DNA of 32,000 bases from Flavobacteriaceae bacterium (GCA_965224465.1 OZ245049.1:2460001-2492000), one strand, 5' to 3'. Counted from the first letter of the stretch, positions 17,747-25,404 are shown. The notes: generated by a model from the sequence alone, not told the origin. Program-made: numbers and translations.

Positions 17747-18643
17747 ATGAAACCTTATTATTTAATTATATTAATTTTCTGTTCATGTAAAGAAAAGTCA
17801 GAAAATAAAATTAACGAAAGTCATACAATAATAACTACTCTAGAGGTGCATGAAGAAACCTCTTCTATAGTGATTCCTAAAAGATCTCAAGAAAAAATTG
17901 GTTTAATAAATGATACTGATGGTTATACGAACGCACGTAAAGAACCTTCATCATCTTCTGAAATTTTATTTAAAATATTAGAAGATGAATATTTTATGTA
18001 TACTTCTATAAAAGAATCAAATTGGTCTGAAATACAAACTCTTGATAATAAGGTCGCTTATGTACATAATAGTAGAATAAAAAAAGTAAATCCAAATAAT
18101 GTGATTACTTTTTTTAGTGAATATTATGATGAGGATGAAGAAAAAGACAAGCTTATAAAAAATATTATAACAATAAAATCACTGGATGAATCAAAAGCTT
18201 TTTCTATAAAGGAATTTCCATATTCTAAATTAAAGATTGTTAGTATATCCAATGATACTCTAATTTTATTAAGTGATGACAAAAAAATATCTATTGAAGT
18301 TATAGCAGGTCTTTTTGAAAAAGAGAAGCATTCAATTGAATACAATGAAAATAATTACGTCAACAAAATTGATTCGAAAAATATTTATGGAAATGACCAA
18401 GTACCAGTTAGAGAAATTAAGCAAATAATAATTCAGAAGGATGACATTAAATTTGAGTTAGACACAAAAGTTTTTAGTAATTTATATGAACCAAATTTTG
18501 AACATCTTAATGTTTATATAAAAGGAAATAATCAATTAATTATGTCTATGACAAATGGACATGGAGCAATAAATTCTTATAAATCAATTTTAATATTTGA
18601 TAATTCAAATCTATTAAAACACATAACCTATATTCCTTTTTAA
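17747..18643 (+). CDS. Lipoprotein with an SH3-like N-terminal domain (start taken at the internal ATG that gives a lipoprotein signal peptide)
   Basis: MKPYYLIILIFCSCKEK provides the lipobox. GLINDTDGYTNARKEPSSSSEILFKILEDEYF...WSEIQTLDNKVAYVHNSRI is SH3b-like. The track ORF starts at 17681, but 17747 gives a canonical signal peptide. Confidence 0.55.
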   Translation: MKPYYLIILIFCSCKEKSENKINESHTIITTLEVHEETSSIVIPKRSQEKIGLINDTDGYTNARKEPSSSSEILFKILEDEYFMYTSIKESNWSEIQTLDNKVAYVHNSRIKKVNPNNVITFFSEYYDEDEEKDKLIKNIITIKSLDESKAFSIKEFPYSKLKIVSISNDTLILLSDDKKISIEVIAGLFEKEKHSIEYNENNYVNKIDSKNIYGNDQVPVREIKQIIIQKDDIKFELDTKVFSNLYEPNFEHLNVYIKGNNQLIMSMTNGHGAINSYKSILIFDNSNLLKHITYIPF

Positions 18644-18753
18644 GTTTAGTATGGAATCCAATGTTATTGAAAAAGTTATACATACTGTTTAAAAAAAACG
18701 CATCCTTATAATACCAATATCCAATTAAAAACAATTTAAATAACGATAGCATG

Positions 18754-18888
18754 TCAACAAATTATATAGCAAATCTTTAGATATACACTTTAACAAAAAT
18801 AGTATACGAACAAGGCAAACCTATGGTATTGAAAAAAGACATTCAAATGTTGACTTCTAAATAGTCGCATTTATTAGTTGAATTTAAG
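18754..18888 (+). repeat. 134-bp junction repeat, copy 2
   Basis: Homologous to 17533-17666. It lies immediately upstream of the orphan toxin module. Confidence 0.85.
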
Positions 18889-18932
18889 ATGGGAAATATG
18901 GAAGAAAAGAAGAAGAAAAACCAAAACGCGTA

Positions 18933-19808
18933 GTGCCTAAAGGTGATGTGTTTCATTATTTTCATCCTATTGCTTTTTTACAGCATATGAAGTTGATTAC
19001 TGTAACAAATGTTATTTATATTTATTCTGATGGGACAATTAGCAAATTAGATTTAAAAGGGCTTAGCGAAATAACTTATGTCTATGTAAGTTCTAATGGT
19101 AAAGAATATAAAATTTGCACTTGTGAATTATTAGAAATTGATGAAAGGTTAAAAGGAGTTGCACATGGGCAAAAAATAGCTCATACCATCGAGTCAGGTT
19201 ATGATTCTAGTAATATTGTTACTTATGCACATGCTTCTTCTCGAAAAAAATATACTTATCCAGATGGCACTATAAGAACATATGGTCCTTACGATGGAGG
19301 TTTCAGAAGAGTTGTTTATAAAAAAGGCGCAGAAAAAAAACGAATTATTAAAATGCCTAAAAAAATTGGTGTTAAAATTGATAATAATAAAGTAATTGCA
19401 TTTAAGTTTACAGGCACAGCAAGAACTTATTGTGACCCAGAAGTTTTCGCTGGATTTATAGGTGTCTTAGGTGAAACAGGATATCCATCTACAGATATAA
19501 TATCGACAGGTATGTGTGAAGAAGACGGAACATGCTTTCCTAGTATTACCCACAATAATGGGCAAAGTATAGATATTAAATACCTTAAGAAAAATGGTGG
19601 TATAACAAGTTACATGTACAATAAGGATTTTGATAAAGTTAGAATGCAAAAAATTGTTGATGGATTTGTTAAATTTAATTTTAAATATTTAGCGGCATGG
19701 AAAGATTCTGAAGGTAAGCTGATGACTAATACAAAGAAAGTATCTCATCACCATCATCATTTTCATGCAGGTAATTTAAATAAAACAAAAATAAGAAGAA
19801 ATGATTAA
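18933..19808 (+). CDS. Orphan C-terminal toxin module, paralog of effector residues 766-1033, with no ATG start (probably silent unless recombined)
   Basis: The first 235 nt are nearly identical to 14205-14439. After that the module diverges but keeps THNNGQSID and HHHHHFH (the HxxGxxxD and HxH motifs). The frame opens only after a TAA at 18885-18887. It has no in-frame ATG, and the first possible start is the GTG at 18933. Confidence 0.7.
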   Translation: MPKGDVFHYFHPIAFLQHMKLITVTNVIYIYSDGTISKLDLKGLSEITYVYVSSNGKEYKICTCELLEIDERLKGVAHGQKIAHTIESGYDSSNIVTYAHASSRKKYTYPDGTIRTYGPYDGGFRRVVYKKGAEKKRIIKMPKKIGVKIDNNKVIAFKFTGTARTYCDPEVFAGFIGVLGETGYPSTDIISTGMCEEDGTCFPSITHNNGQSIDIKYLKKNGGITSYMYNKDFDKVRMQKIVDGFVKFNFKYLAAWKDSEGKLMTNTKKVSHHHHHFHAGNLNKTKIRRND

Positions 19809-20475
19809 AATAATATTTAAATTTTTGATAGTGTTTTTTTTGATAAGTTCATGTAAGACGAAAAAAGAGGAACTTAAAAAATCAGCTCAAATTTCATCTA
19901 ATAATTACGAAAAAGATAAAGTACCTTATTTAAAACTTCCAATAGATTATTCTTTTGAAAGAAACAAAAAAAATATTAAAGGAGATGTATTTTATAATCA
20001 ACGAGTAAAAATAAACACAAAAATAAATAATAATTTCAGTTTTATTAGTGAAAAGAATAATCTAAATATTGAAAATGAAATATGTAAAAAGTATAAAGAA
20101 AAATGCAATTCATATTTTACAGAATTTGATTATTCTAAAACGTACAAAATTCAAAATGATTTTGATTTTGATCTTTATTTAATTACTTCCAAATTCAGTT
20201 ATTACTTAAATTTAATATCAATTAAAGACGATAAAGTCATAGATTTATTGAATGTTTATTTAAATTACGTTGATTATGAAGGTCAAGAATGTATCTATCG
20301 AAACTTCTCTGTTGACAAGGATCTTAATGTTTCTATTTTTAATTATATCTATTTTGAATCTACAGGAGAAGTTGAAGAAGACAATAATGAAGCTGATTCC
20401 ATAAACATATATCCACCTGCTACTTTAAAACAAGAATTGTATACATTAACAAAAGAAGGATTATTCAGCAGATGA
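19801..20475 (+). CDS. Lipoprotein, candidate immunity protein for the orphan toxin module
   Basis: 224 aa with the lipobox LISSC. Its start overlaps the orphan toxin stop by 8 nt. Confidence 0.55.
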   Translation: MIKIIFKFLIVFFLISSCKTKKEELKKSAQISSNNYEKDKVPYLKLPIDYSFERNKKNIKGDVFYNQRVKINTKINNNFSFISEKNNLNIENEICKKYKEKCNSYFTEFDYSKTYKIQNDFDFDLYLITSKFSYYLNLISIKDDKVIDLLNVYLNYVDYEGQECIYRNFSVDKDLNVSIFNYIYFESTGEVEEDNNEADSINIYPPATLKQELYTLTKEGLFSR

Positions 20476-20490
20476 TTTTACGTAAAATGA

Positions 20491-20759
20491 TTAAAAGCAG
20501 AAGAAGAAGAAGAAGAAGAAGAAGAAGAAGACTGGGGTATACCGTCAGTAAATAATAATTTAAAACAGGTATGACTCATGGTTTTGGTTGGAAAAGAGGA
20601 CACTTTGGATTAGAACCAGAAAAATTTAACAATGGAGGTTCAGGGGCGACAACTTGGGTTCATTTAGATGTTAGGGAATTTGGGAAAGTAAACCTTAATG
20701 AAAAATTATTCGTTAAAAAACAAAGCTTAATAATTGGAAAAAAACTAACAGAATATTAA
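20491..20759 (+). pseudogene. Degraded third orphan toxin remnant: poly-Glu linker, then a frameshifted fragment ending in a WVHLDVRE motif (M15A-like C-terminus)
   Basis: The linker frame (20491-20574) has no start codon and ends at the TGA at 20572-20574. The 62-aa ORF at 20571-20759 is in a different frame and reads GFGWKRGHFG...GGSGATTWVHLDVRE. That resembles the C-terminal fVHvDvR block of peptidase M15A/DUF882. The upstream HxxxxxxD block is missing. Confidence 0.4.
20500..20529 (+). repeat. (GAA)10 trinucleotide microsatellite
   Basis: Ten perfect GAA units counted in the sequence. They lie in an open frame reading LKA(E)10DWGIPSVNNNLKQV followed by a stop. Confidence 0.95.
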
Positions 20760-20763
20760 AACT

Positions 20764-21369
20764 ATGAAAATGAAAATTGTTTTATTATTTTTTGTCTTAA
20801 TTTTTGGAATATCTTGTAAAGACAAAAACAAAAATAACACATCAATAAAATTAATTACTAGCACTAATAGTCTCATTGAGAACGCTGTAACTGAGAAGTC
20901 AGGACAAAAAAACAATTGTTTAAAGAGTGATGTTAAACCTCTGAAATTGCCAATTGATGGAGGAGAAAACCTTATGTCTTTTACAATTGAAAATGATATA
21001 GAATTACAAGTGTTAAAATGTGATGTAAGTATAATAAAATCTAAATTATGCAATACTGATTTTATAAGTTATTATTCTCTGCCTAATAAAAATGATTTAA
21101 ATCCAATAATTATAGCAGATGAATATGGAGATAATAATAATAGTTACACTTTAGTTATTCATAAAGAGGATAAAATAACCGATTTTGTCCTACTATATAA
21201 TTCTTGGATTGAAATGTCAGAAAACCCAAAAAAAGAAATTACAGATTTTAAAATATCTAAGGAATATGAAATAATTATTTCAAAACAAGAATATAAAAAT
21301 AATATCCAAACAAAACAAGAATCAATTAATTACCAAATTGATAAAAACGGGAAACTATTAATTCAATAG
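20764..21369 (+). CDS. Lipoprotein, candidate orphan immunity protein
   Basis: 201 aa with the lipobox FGISC. It shares the LKLPID motif and a C-terminal Y-x-[IL]-x-K-x-G-x-L type ending with the 19801-20475 lipoprotein. Confidence 0.5.
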   Translation: MKMKIVLLFFVLIFGISCKDKNKNNTSIKLITSTNSLIENAVTEKSGQKNNCLKSDVKPLKLPIDGGENLMSFTIENDIELQVLKCDVSIIKSKLCNTDFISYYSLPNKNDLNPIIIADEYGDNNNSYTLVIHKEDKITDFVLLYNSWIEMSENPKKEITDFKISKEYEIIISKQEYKNNIQTKQESINYQIDKNGKLLIQ

Positions 21370-21397
21370 TCACCTCCAGCTGTCGCAATCGTCTCGC

Positions 21398-22016
21398 TTG
21401 TGAACAAGATAAAAAAGTAAAGCCACAGTTTAAAAAGCTGTGATATTATGGTTTGTAAATTAAATTTGTTTTTATGAATAACGCTCAATTAAGTAAATTA
21501 TTTAATCCCGATGTTACGGTCTTACTGGACAGGGTAAAAGTGACTGATAAAGATATTAATGTGCATTTACTTTATGCATTGTGTAATGCTGTTAAATGTT
21601 CAATTTCAATAGAAGAGTTTAACCCTTCTATTTATATTGAAGATGTTAATAATCAAATTGCATTTAACAATCAACTAAACATAGAGGCTCCAGAAAGTAT
21701 AAAAGCATCTTTTACAACTACATTTAGGGTAGATTTTATCTATGATGATAATTTAAACAATCATGTATACTGTTTTTTTAAAACGCAACCTTATAACACC
21801 AATAACGATTGCCCTGTTGAAATCGTTAATTTTAATAAATCCTTATTAGAATTAACACCAAACGATTGCTTACGGTATGTAAATAGTAAATTAAAAGAAC
21901 TCTATCCTAGCTTATGGGACGATACATTAAATATTTCTATAAATATAACATTGCATCACTACCAAGCAGCAAAAAACAAGTGGAAAATAATAACACCAAT
22001 GTCTGATTAAAAATAA
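21398..22016 (+). repeat. 619-bp direct repeat, copy 2
   Basis: Matches 16900-17518 at a constant offset of 4498 nt. Confidence 0.9.
21474..22010 (+). CDS. Hypothetical cytoplasmic 178-aa protein, copy 2 of the repeated gene
   Basis: Intact ORF. It differs from copy 1 by I81T, I108N, N146S and I176M. Confidence 0.6.
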   Translation: MNNAQLSKLFNPDVTVLLDRVKVTDKDINVHLLYALCNAVKCSISIEEFNPSIYIEDVNNQIAFNNQLNIEAPESIKASFTTTFRVDFIYDDNLNNHVYCFFKTQPYNTNNDCPVEIVNFNKSLLELTPNDCLRYVNSKLKELYPSLWDDTLNISINITLHHYQAAKNKWKIITPMSD

Positions 22017-22134
22017 GCTAAATTCAATAGTAACCTCCCGCTGTCGCAAGCGTCTCGCTTGAGAACAAGATAAAGAAACGAAGCCTCAGTTTAAAAAGCT
22101 GTGATATTATGGTTTGTAAATTAAATTTGGCTTT

Positions 22135-22245
22135 ATGAATAACACTCAATTAAGTAAATTATTTAATCCCGATGTTACGGTATTACTGGACAAGGTAAAA
22201 GTGTCTGATAAAGACATCAATGTGCATTTACTTTATAGGTTATAG
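22135..22245 (+). pseudogene. Truncated third copy of the repeated 178-aa gene (36 codons)
   Basis: MNNTQLSKLFNPDVTVLLDKVKVSDKDINVHLLY is followed by RL and a stop. Homology to copies 1 and 2 starts in the upstream region near 22021 and ends abruptly at 22236, 26 nt from the next gene. Confidence 0.8.
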
Positions 22246-22261
22246 GACTATAATAACACTA

Positions 22262-23401
22262 CTAAGCATTGTATTTTGCTTTCCGAAGCACTCGCATTAC
22301 TTCTTTAAAATTAACATAAGAAGTAAGGTCTTCTAACTTTTTTAAATAGGGCTTGGCAGCTTCCAAATAAGGCAATGCATCTGGCATATTATTAAGAATA
22401 CAAATCATATACTTAGTAGGTAAATCGTGAAGCTGATTTTGTTCATCAACGGACAAGCAAACACCTTGTTTTAAAAGACCTATCAAGTAATTGTTTTGTT
22501 TAAAAATAGCTGTTAAAATTGACTTATTATACTGAGGTGGCTCAAACAAAAACTCCTCTGCAATTTTATAATGACCATTGTTTTTAAAATGAATTACTTT
22601 TTTCTCCAAAGGATACAATCGCTGTACTTCATCAATACCTAACAACACGTATTCTGTACAAATAAACGAATGCTTATTTTGTGTTATTTGCACAAAGTCC
22701 ATCGCGGAGTAAAAAAATCGATTGTTCTCATTGATCAATTCTATATCCACCCTAGAATAATATATTTTTTTATGAATCCGATGTTTCTGCCCTGCCCAAC
22801 AAAGAACAAATTGCTCATGAAACACAGTATAAGAAGGCTCAAACCCATGATGACGATCCATAAAATCAAAAACACCATCTAGGGTTAATTTAATATTATT
22901 ACTCGCCATTTTCTCTATAGCTTTAACGGTATCCCTATTTTGACTGGTCATTTTCTGTTCTAAAAGATACGGCATAGAGTTGCTTCCTTTCCTATAAAAG
23001 AACAATCCTTTGGTGTATTTCCAGCATTGTTTACTCAAACAAGTAGTTTCTGCATTGGCAAAAATAGTAACAAGTCCGACTACCTTATGTCTAGGAAGTC
23101 CGGGAAAATGGACATTCTCGTATATAATTCTTGGAGGATTTACAAAATAAGAATTTACCAAATTTTGAATTTTACTATCATCATAAAAATCAACCCCTAC
23201 AATTTGGTTCGTAGCATCCTCCACTCCTATTACCAAAAAAGAATTATTGTTAGGATTTGAGTTAGACAAGGCACAAATATGTTTTAAAAATTTTGCCTTT
23301 CCTTCGGTTTGGTGCAAGCTGATTTTACGCTTTTTATCATAAAAACAATTTTCATCATTATGAGCAAGTAGATTTCTTATAAGGAGTCGCTTGTTAATCA
23401 T
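22262..23401 (-). CDS. AlbA_2 / Schlafen-like divergent AAA-type putative nucleic-acid-binding protein
   Basis: 379 aa. The N-terminal ...HNDENCFYDKK...FLKHICALSNSNPNNNSFLVIGVEDATNQIVGV resembles the AlbA_2 signature (E..EfK ... icAfaNt.GG.l.iGV.d.g.i.Gv). Its ATG overlaps the SDR stop by 1 nt (TGATG). Confidence 0.5.
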   Translation of the reverse strand: MINKRLLIRNLLAHNDENCFYDKKRKISLHQTEGKAKFLKHICALSNSNPNNNSFLVIGVEDATNQIVGVDFYDDSKIQNLVNSYFVNPPRIIYENVHFPGLPRHKVVGLVTIFANAETTCLSKQCWKYTKGLFFYRKGSNSMPYLLEQKMTSQNRDTVKAIEKMASNNIKLTLDGVFDFMDRHHGFEPSYTVFHEQFVLCWAGQKHRIHKKIYYSRVDIELINENNRFFYSAMDFVQITQNKHSFICTEYVLLGIDEVQRLYPLEKKVIHFKNNGHYKIAEEFLFEPPQYNKSILTAIFKQNNYLIGLLKQGVCLSVDEQNQLHDLPTKYMICILNNMPDALPYLEAAKPYLKKLEDLTSYVNFKEVMRVLRKAKYNA

Positions 23402-24159
23402 CAGGAATTTCTATTCAAAATAGTTGTATTTGCTTGGGCTGTTGGATACACCACTAAATCAGCGATATTGACATGAGAAGGACGGCTAACGACAAAGTAA
23501 ATAATCTCGGCAATATCCAGGGCTTGTAAGGCATCGAATCCCTGATACACCGCTTCCGCCTTTTGGACATCACCTTTAAACCTAACATCAGAGAATTCCG
23601 TTTCGACTGCACCTGGATGAATAGCCGATACTCTGATATGATACGCATTCAAATCTATTCGCATCGCTTTATTCAAGGCATCGACCGCATGTTTTGACGC
23701 ACAGTAAACATTCCCATTCGGATATACTTCTTTTGCAGCAACTGATCCAATGTTTATAATAAATCCCTTGTTTTGAGCAATCATTTTAGGTATGATCGCT
23801 TTAGAAACATATAAGAGGCCTTTGACATTCACGTCTATCATCGCATCCCAATCATCAATAGATCCATTTTGAATGGAGGACAAACCGTGAGCGTTCCCCG
23901 CGTTATTCAATAAGAAATCCACCTCACTAAAACATGAAGGTAACGATGCAATAGCTGCTTCTACAGCGGATCGATTACTCACATCAAACGAAAGCACATG
24001 CACCTCTGTAAACTCCAAAAGTTCTTTTTGAAGCGCAAGTAAACGTTCTTTCCTTCGACCACACAAGATCAATTTAACTTTTTTTTTGGCAAATAATTGA
24101 GCTGTTGCCTTTCCTATCCCTGAAGTTGCTCCTGTAATAAATGCAATTTTTATATCCAT
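23401..24159 (-). CDS. Short-chain dehydrogenase/reductase (YdfG-like NADP-dependent)
   Basis: 252 aa with TGATSGIGKA (cofactor-binding TGxxxGxG), NNAG and the YCASKHA catalytic YxxxK. Confidence 0.88.
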   Translation of the reverse strand: MDIKIAFITGATSGIGKATAQLFAKKKVKLILCGRRKERLLALQKELLEFTEVHVLSFDVSNRSAVEAAIASLPSCFSEVDFLLNNAGNAHGLSSIQNGSIDDWDAMIDVNVKGLLYVSKAIIPKMIAQNKGFIINIGSVAAKEVYPNGNVYCASKHAVDALNKAMRIDLNAYHIRVSAIHPGAVETEFSDVRFKGDVQKAEAVYQGFDALQALDIAEIIYFVVSRPSHVNIADLVVYPTAQANTTILNRNS

Positions 24160-24188
24160 TGTATAACCATTCTTAAAAAGTAAATATA

Positions 24189-24219
24189 CAAAAAAACTGC
24201 TCCCTATTAAGGGAGCAGT
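24189..24219 (-). terminator. Rho-independent terminator after the 24268-25185 lipoprotein gene
   Basis: On the minus strand: ACTGCTCCC-(6 nt loop)-GGGAGCAGT, a 9-bp stem followed by a T run. Confidence 0.7.
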
Positions 24220-24267
24220 CTTTGCTTAACTGGGTATCAATCCAATTAAAAATCAACTAACCAAACT

Positions 24268-25185
24268 TTATCTTTCTGTTCTTATCTTTTGAACTCTTTT
24301 AATTTTTGTTCTTTTTCTTCCTTTAGGAATTGTACTTATTTTTTCAGCAGATTTTTTCATAAATGGAATATATCCAACACCTTCAAAATAATACGAAGTT
24401 CCAGAAGCTATATGAAATAACTTTATTTTATGATCTGTTAAAACGTGCAAATCAAATACCTCTAAATCGCCGTTTCCATAATTCAACGTCAATTCTTTTA
24501 CATCTGCAACATTCTTGTAATCTGCAATGGAATATGCACCTTCAAAATCCCAAATGATATTAGCAATATCTGTGCCAGTTTTGTCTTTCGAAGAATAAAA
24601 TGTCGTATTATTTTTAGCAGTAAAACTTAAAAAGTTTTCTTTATCAAAATCATTAAAGTCACCATCAGCACCTGTGCCCGTTTTTTTCCACAAATCATAC
24701 TCTTGCAAAAAATATTCTATGTTTTCATAAAACACTTTATCCCAATCAAAAGTACTAGAAGAATATCCTTCTAACACATAAGACACATCATGGTATTCAT
24801 CTACTAACTCCAAGGTATCATCATCCAATTGTTTCACAACAAACTCATAACCCCCTTCTTTAAAATGCCCCACTTTTAAAAAATTCAATTGCGTATTATA
24901 CGTTCCAATTTTAACACCATATTTACTACCTGTAGTTCCAAAACCTACCAAGTTATTATTTGCGTACAACTTTCCATTGACAAATGTGATGGTAAACGCA
25001 TTGGATAAAAAAGGAACATCACCCGTACCTTCTTTTTGATGTATATCTACATACCAAATATCATATTGCGTTATCACCTCTTCTAAGGTAACTTCTGGTT
25101 CATTTAAACGAGAATCTGTTACAGTACATGCTGTAAAAAAGAGACTAAAAATAAAGAGACTAAAAAGTAATTTTATTGATTTCAT
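24268..25185 (-). CDS. Lipoprotein of unknown function with a basic C-terminal tail
   Basis: 305 aa with the lipobox FFTAC. The C-terminus is KGRKRTKIKRVQKIRTER. Confidence 0.55.
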   Translation of the reverse strand: MKSIKLLFSLFIFSLFFTACTVTDSRLNEPEVTLEEVITQYDIWYVDIHQKEGTGDVPFLSNAFTITFVNGKLYANNNLVGFGTTGSKYGVKIGTYNTQLNFLKVGHFKEGGYEFVVKQLDDDTLELVDEYHDVSYVLEGYSSSTFDWDKVFYENIEYFLQEYDLWKKTGTGADGDFNDFDKENFLSFTAKNNTTFYSSKDKTGTDIANIIWDFEGAYSIADYKNVADVKELTLNYGNGDLEVFDLHVLTDHKIKLFHIASGTSYYFEGVGYIPFMKKSAEKISTIPKGRKRTKIKRVQKIRTER

Positions 25186-25404
25186 AATATTGCATTTAAT
25201 AGGTTTGTAAGGTTATTTTCAAAAGTTGTGCCAAAAAAACAATGTACGCAAAATTTTAGTACACAAAGATTCAAAACAAAATAAAGACAACAATAAGAAA
25301 TATTCAACTATAAGCGTTTATGATTTTGAATTAATTTGTATTTTTACAATTCTGAACAATAAAATAACTATATTTCGGTTTAAAAAACGTAGTAAAAAAA
25401 CACA

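Noticed and set aside
18546-18752. 68-aa minus-strand ORF spanning the 3' end of the SH3-lipoprotein gene
   Set aside because: It overlaps a better-supported plus-strand gene, has no recognisable features and is opposite to the orientation of the whole island.
19746-19766. HHHHHFH run that resembles an engineered His-tag
   Set aside because: It is internal: 14 more codons follow. It aligns with HHNSHLH in the paralogous expressed gene and overlaps the conserved HxH motif, so it is a natural metal-binding region rather than a cloning artefact.
11425-22245. Calling the island an integrative or mobile element (ICE, prophage or transposon)
   Set aside because: No integrase, transposase, recombinase, tRNA target or terminal inverted/direct att-like repeats could be found in the window. 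Only internal homologous repeats are present.
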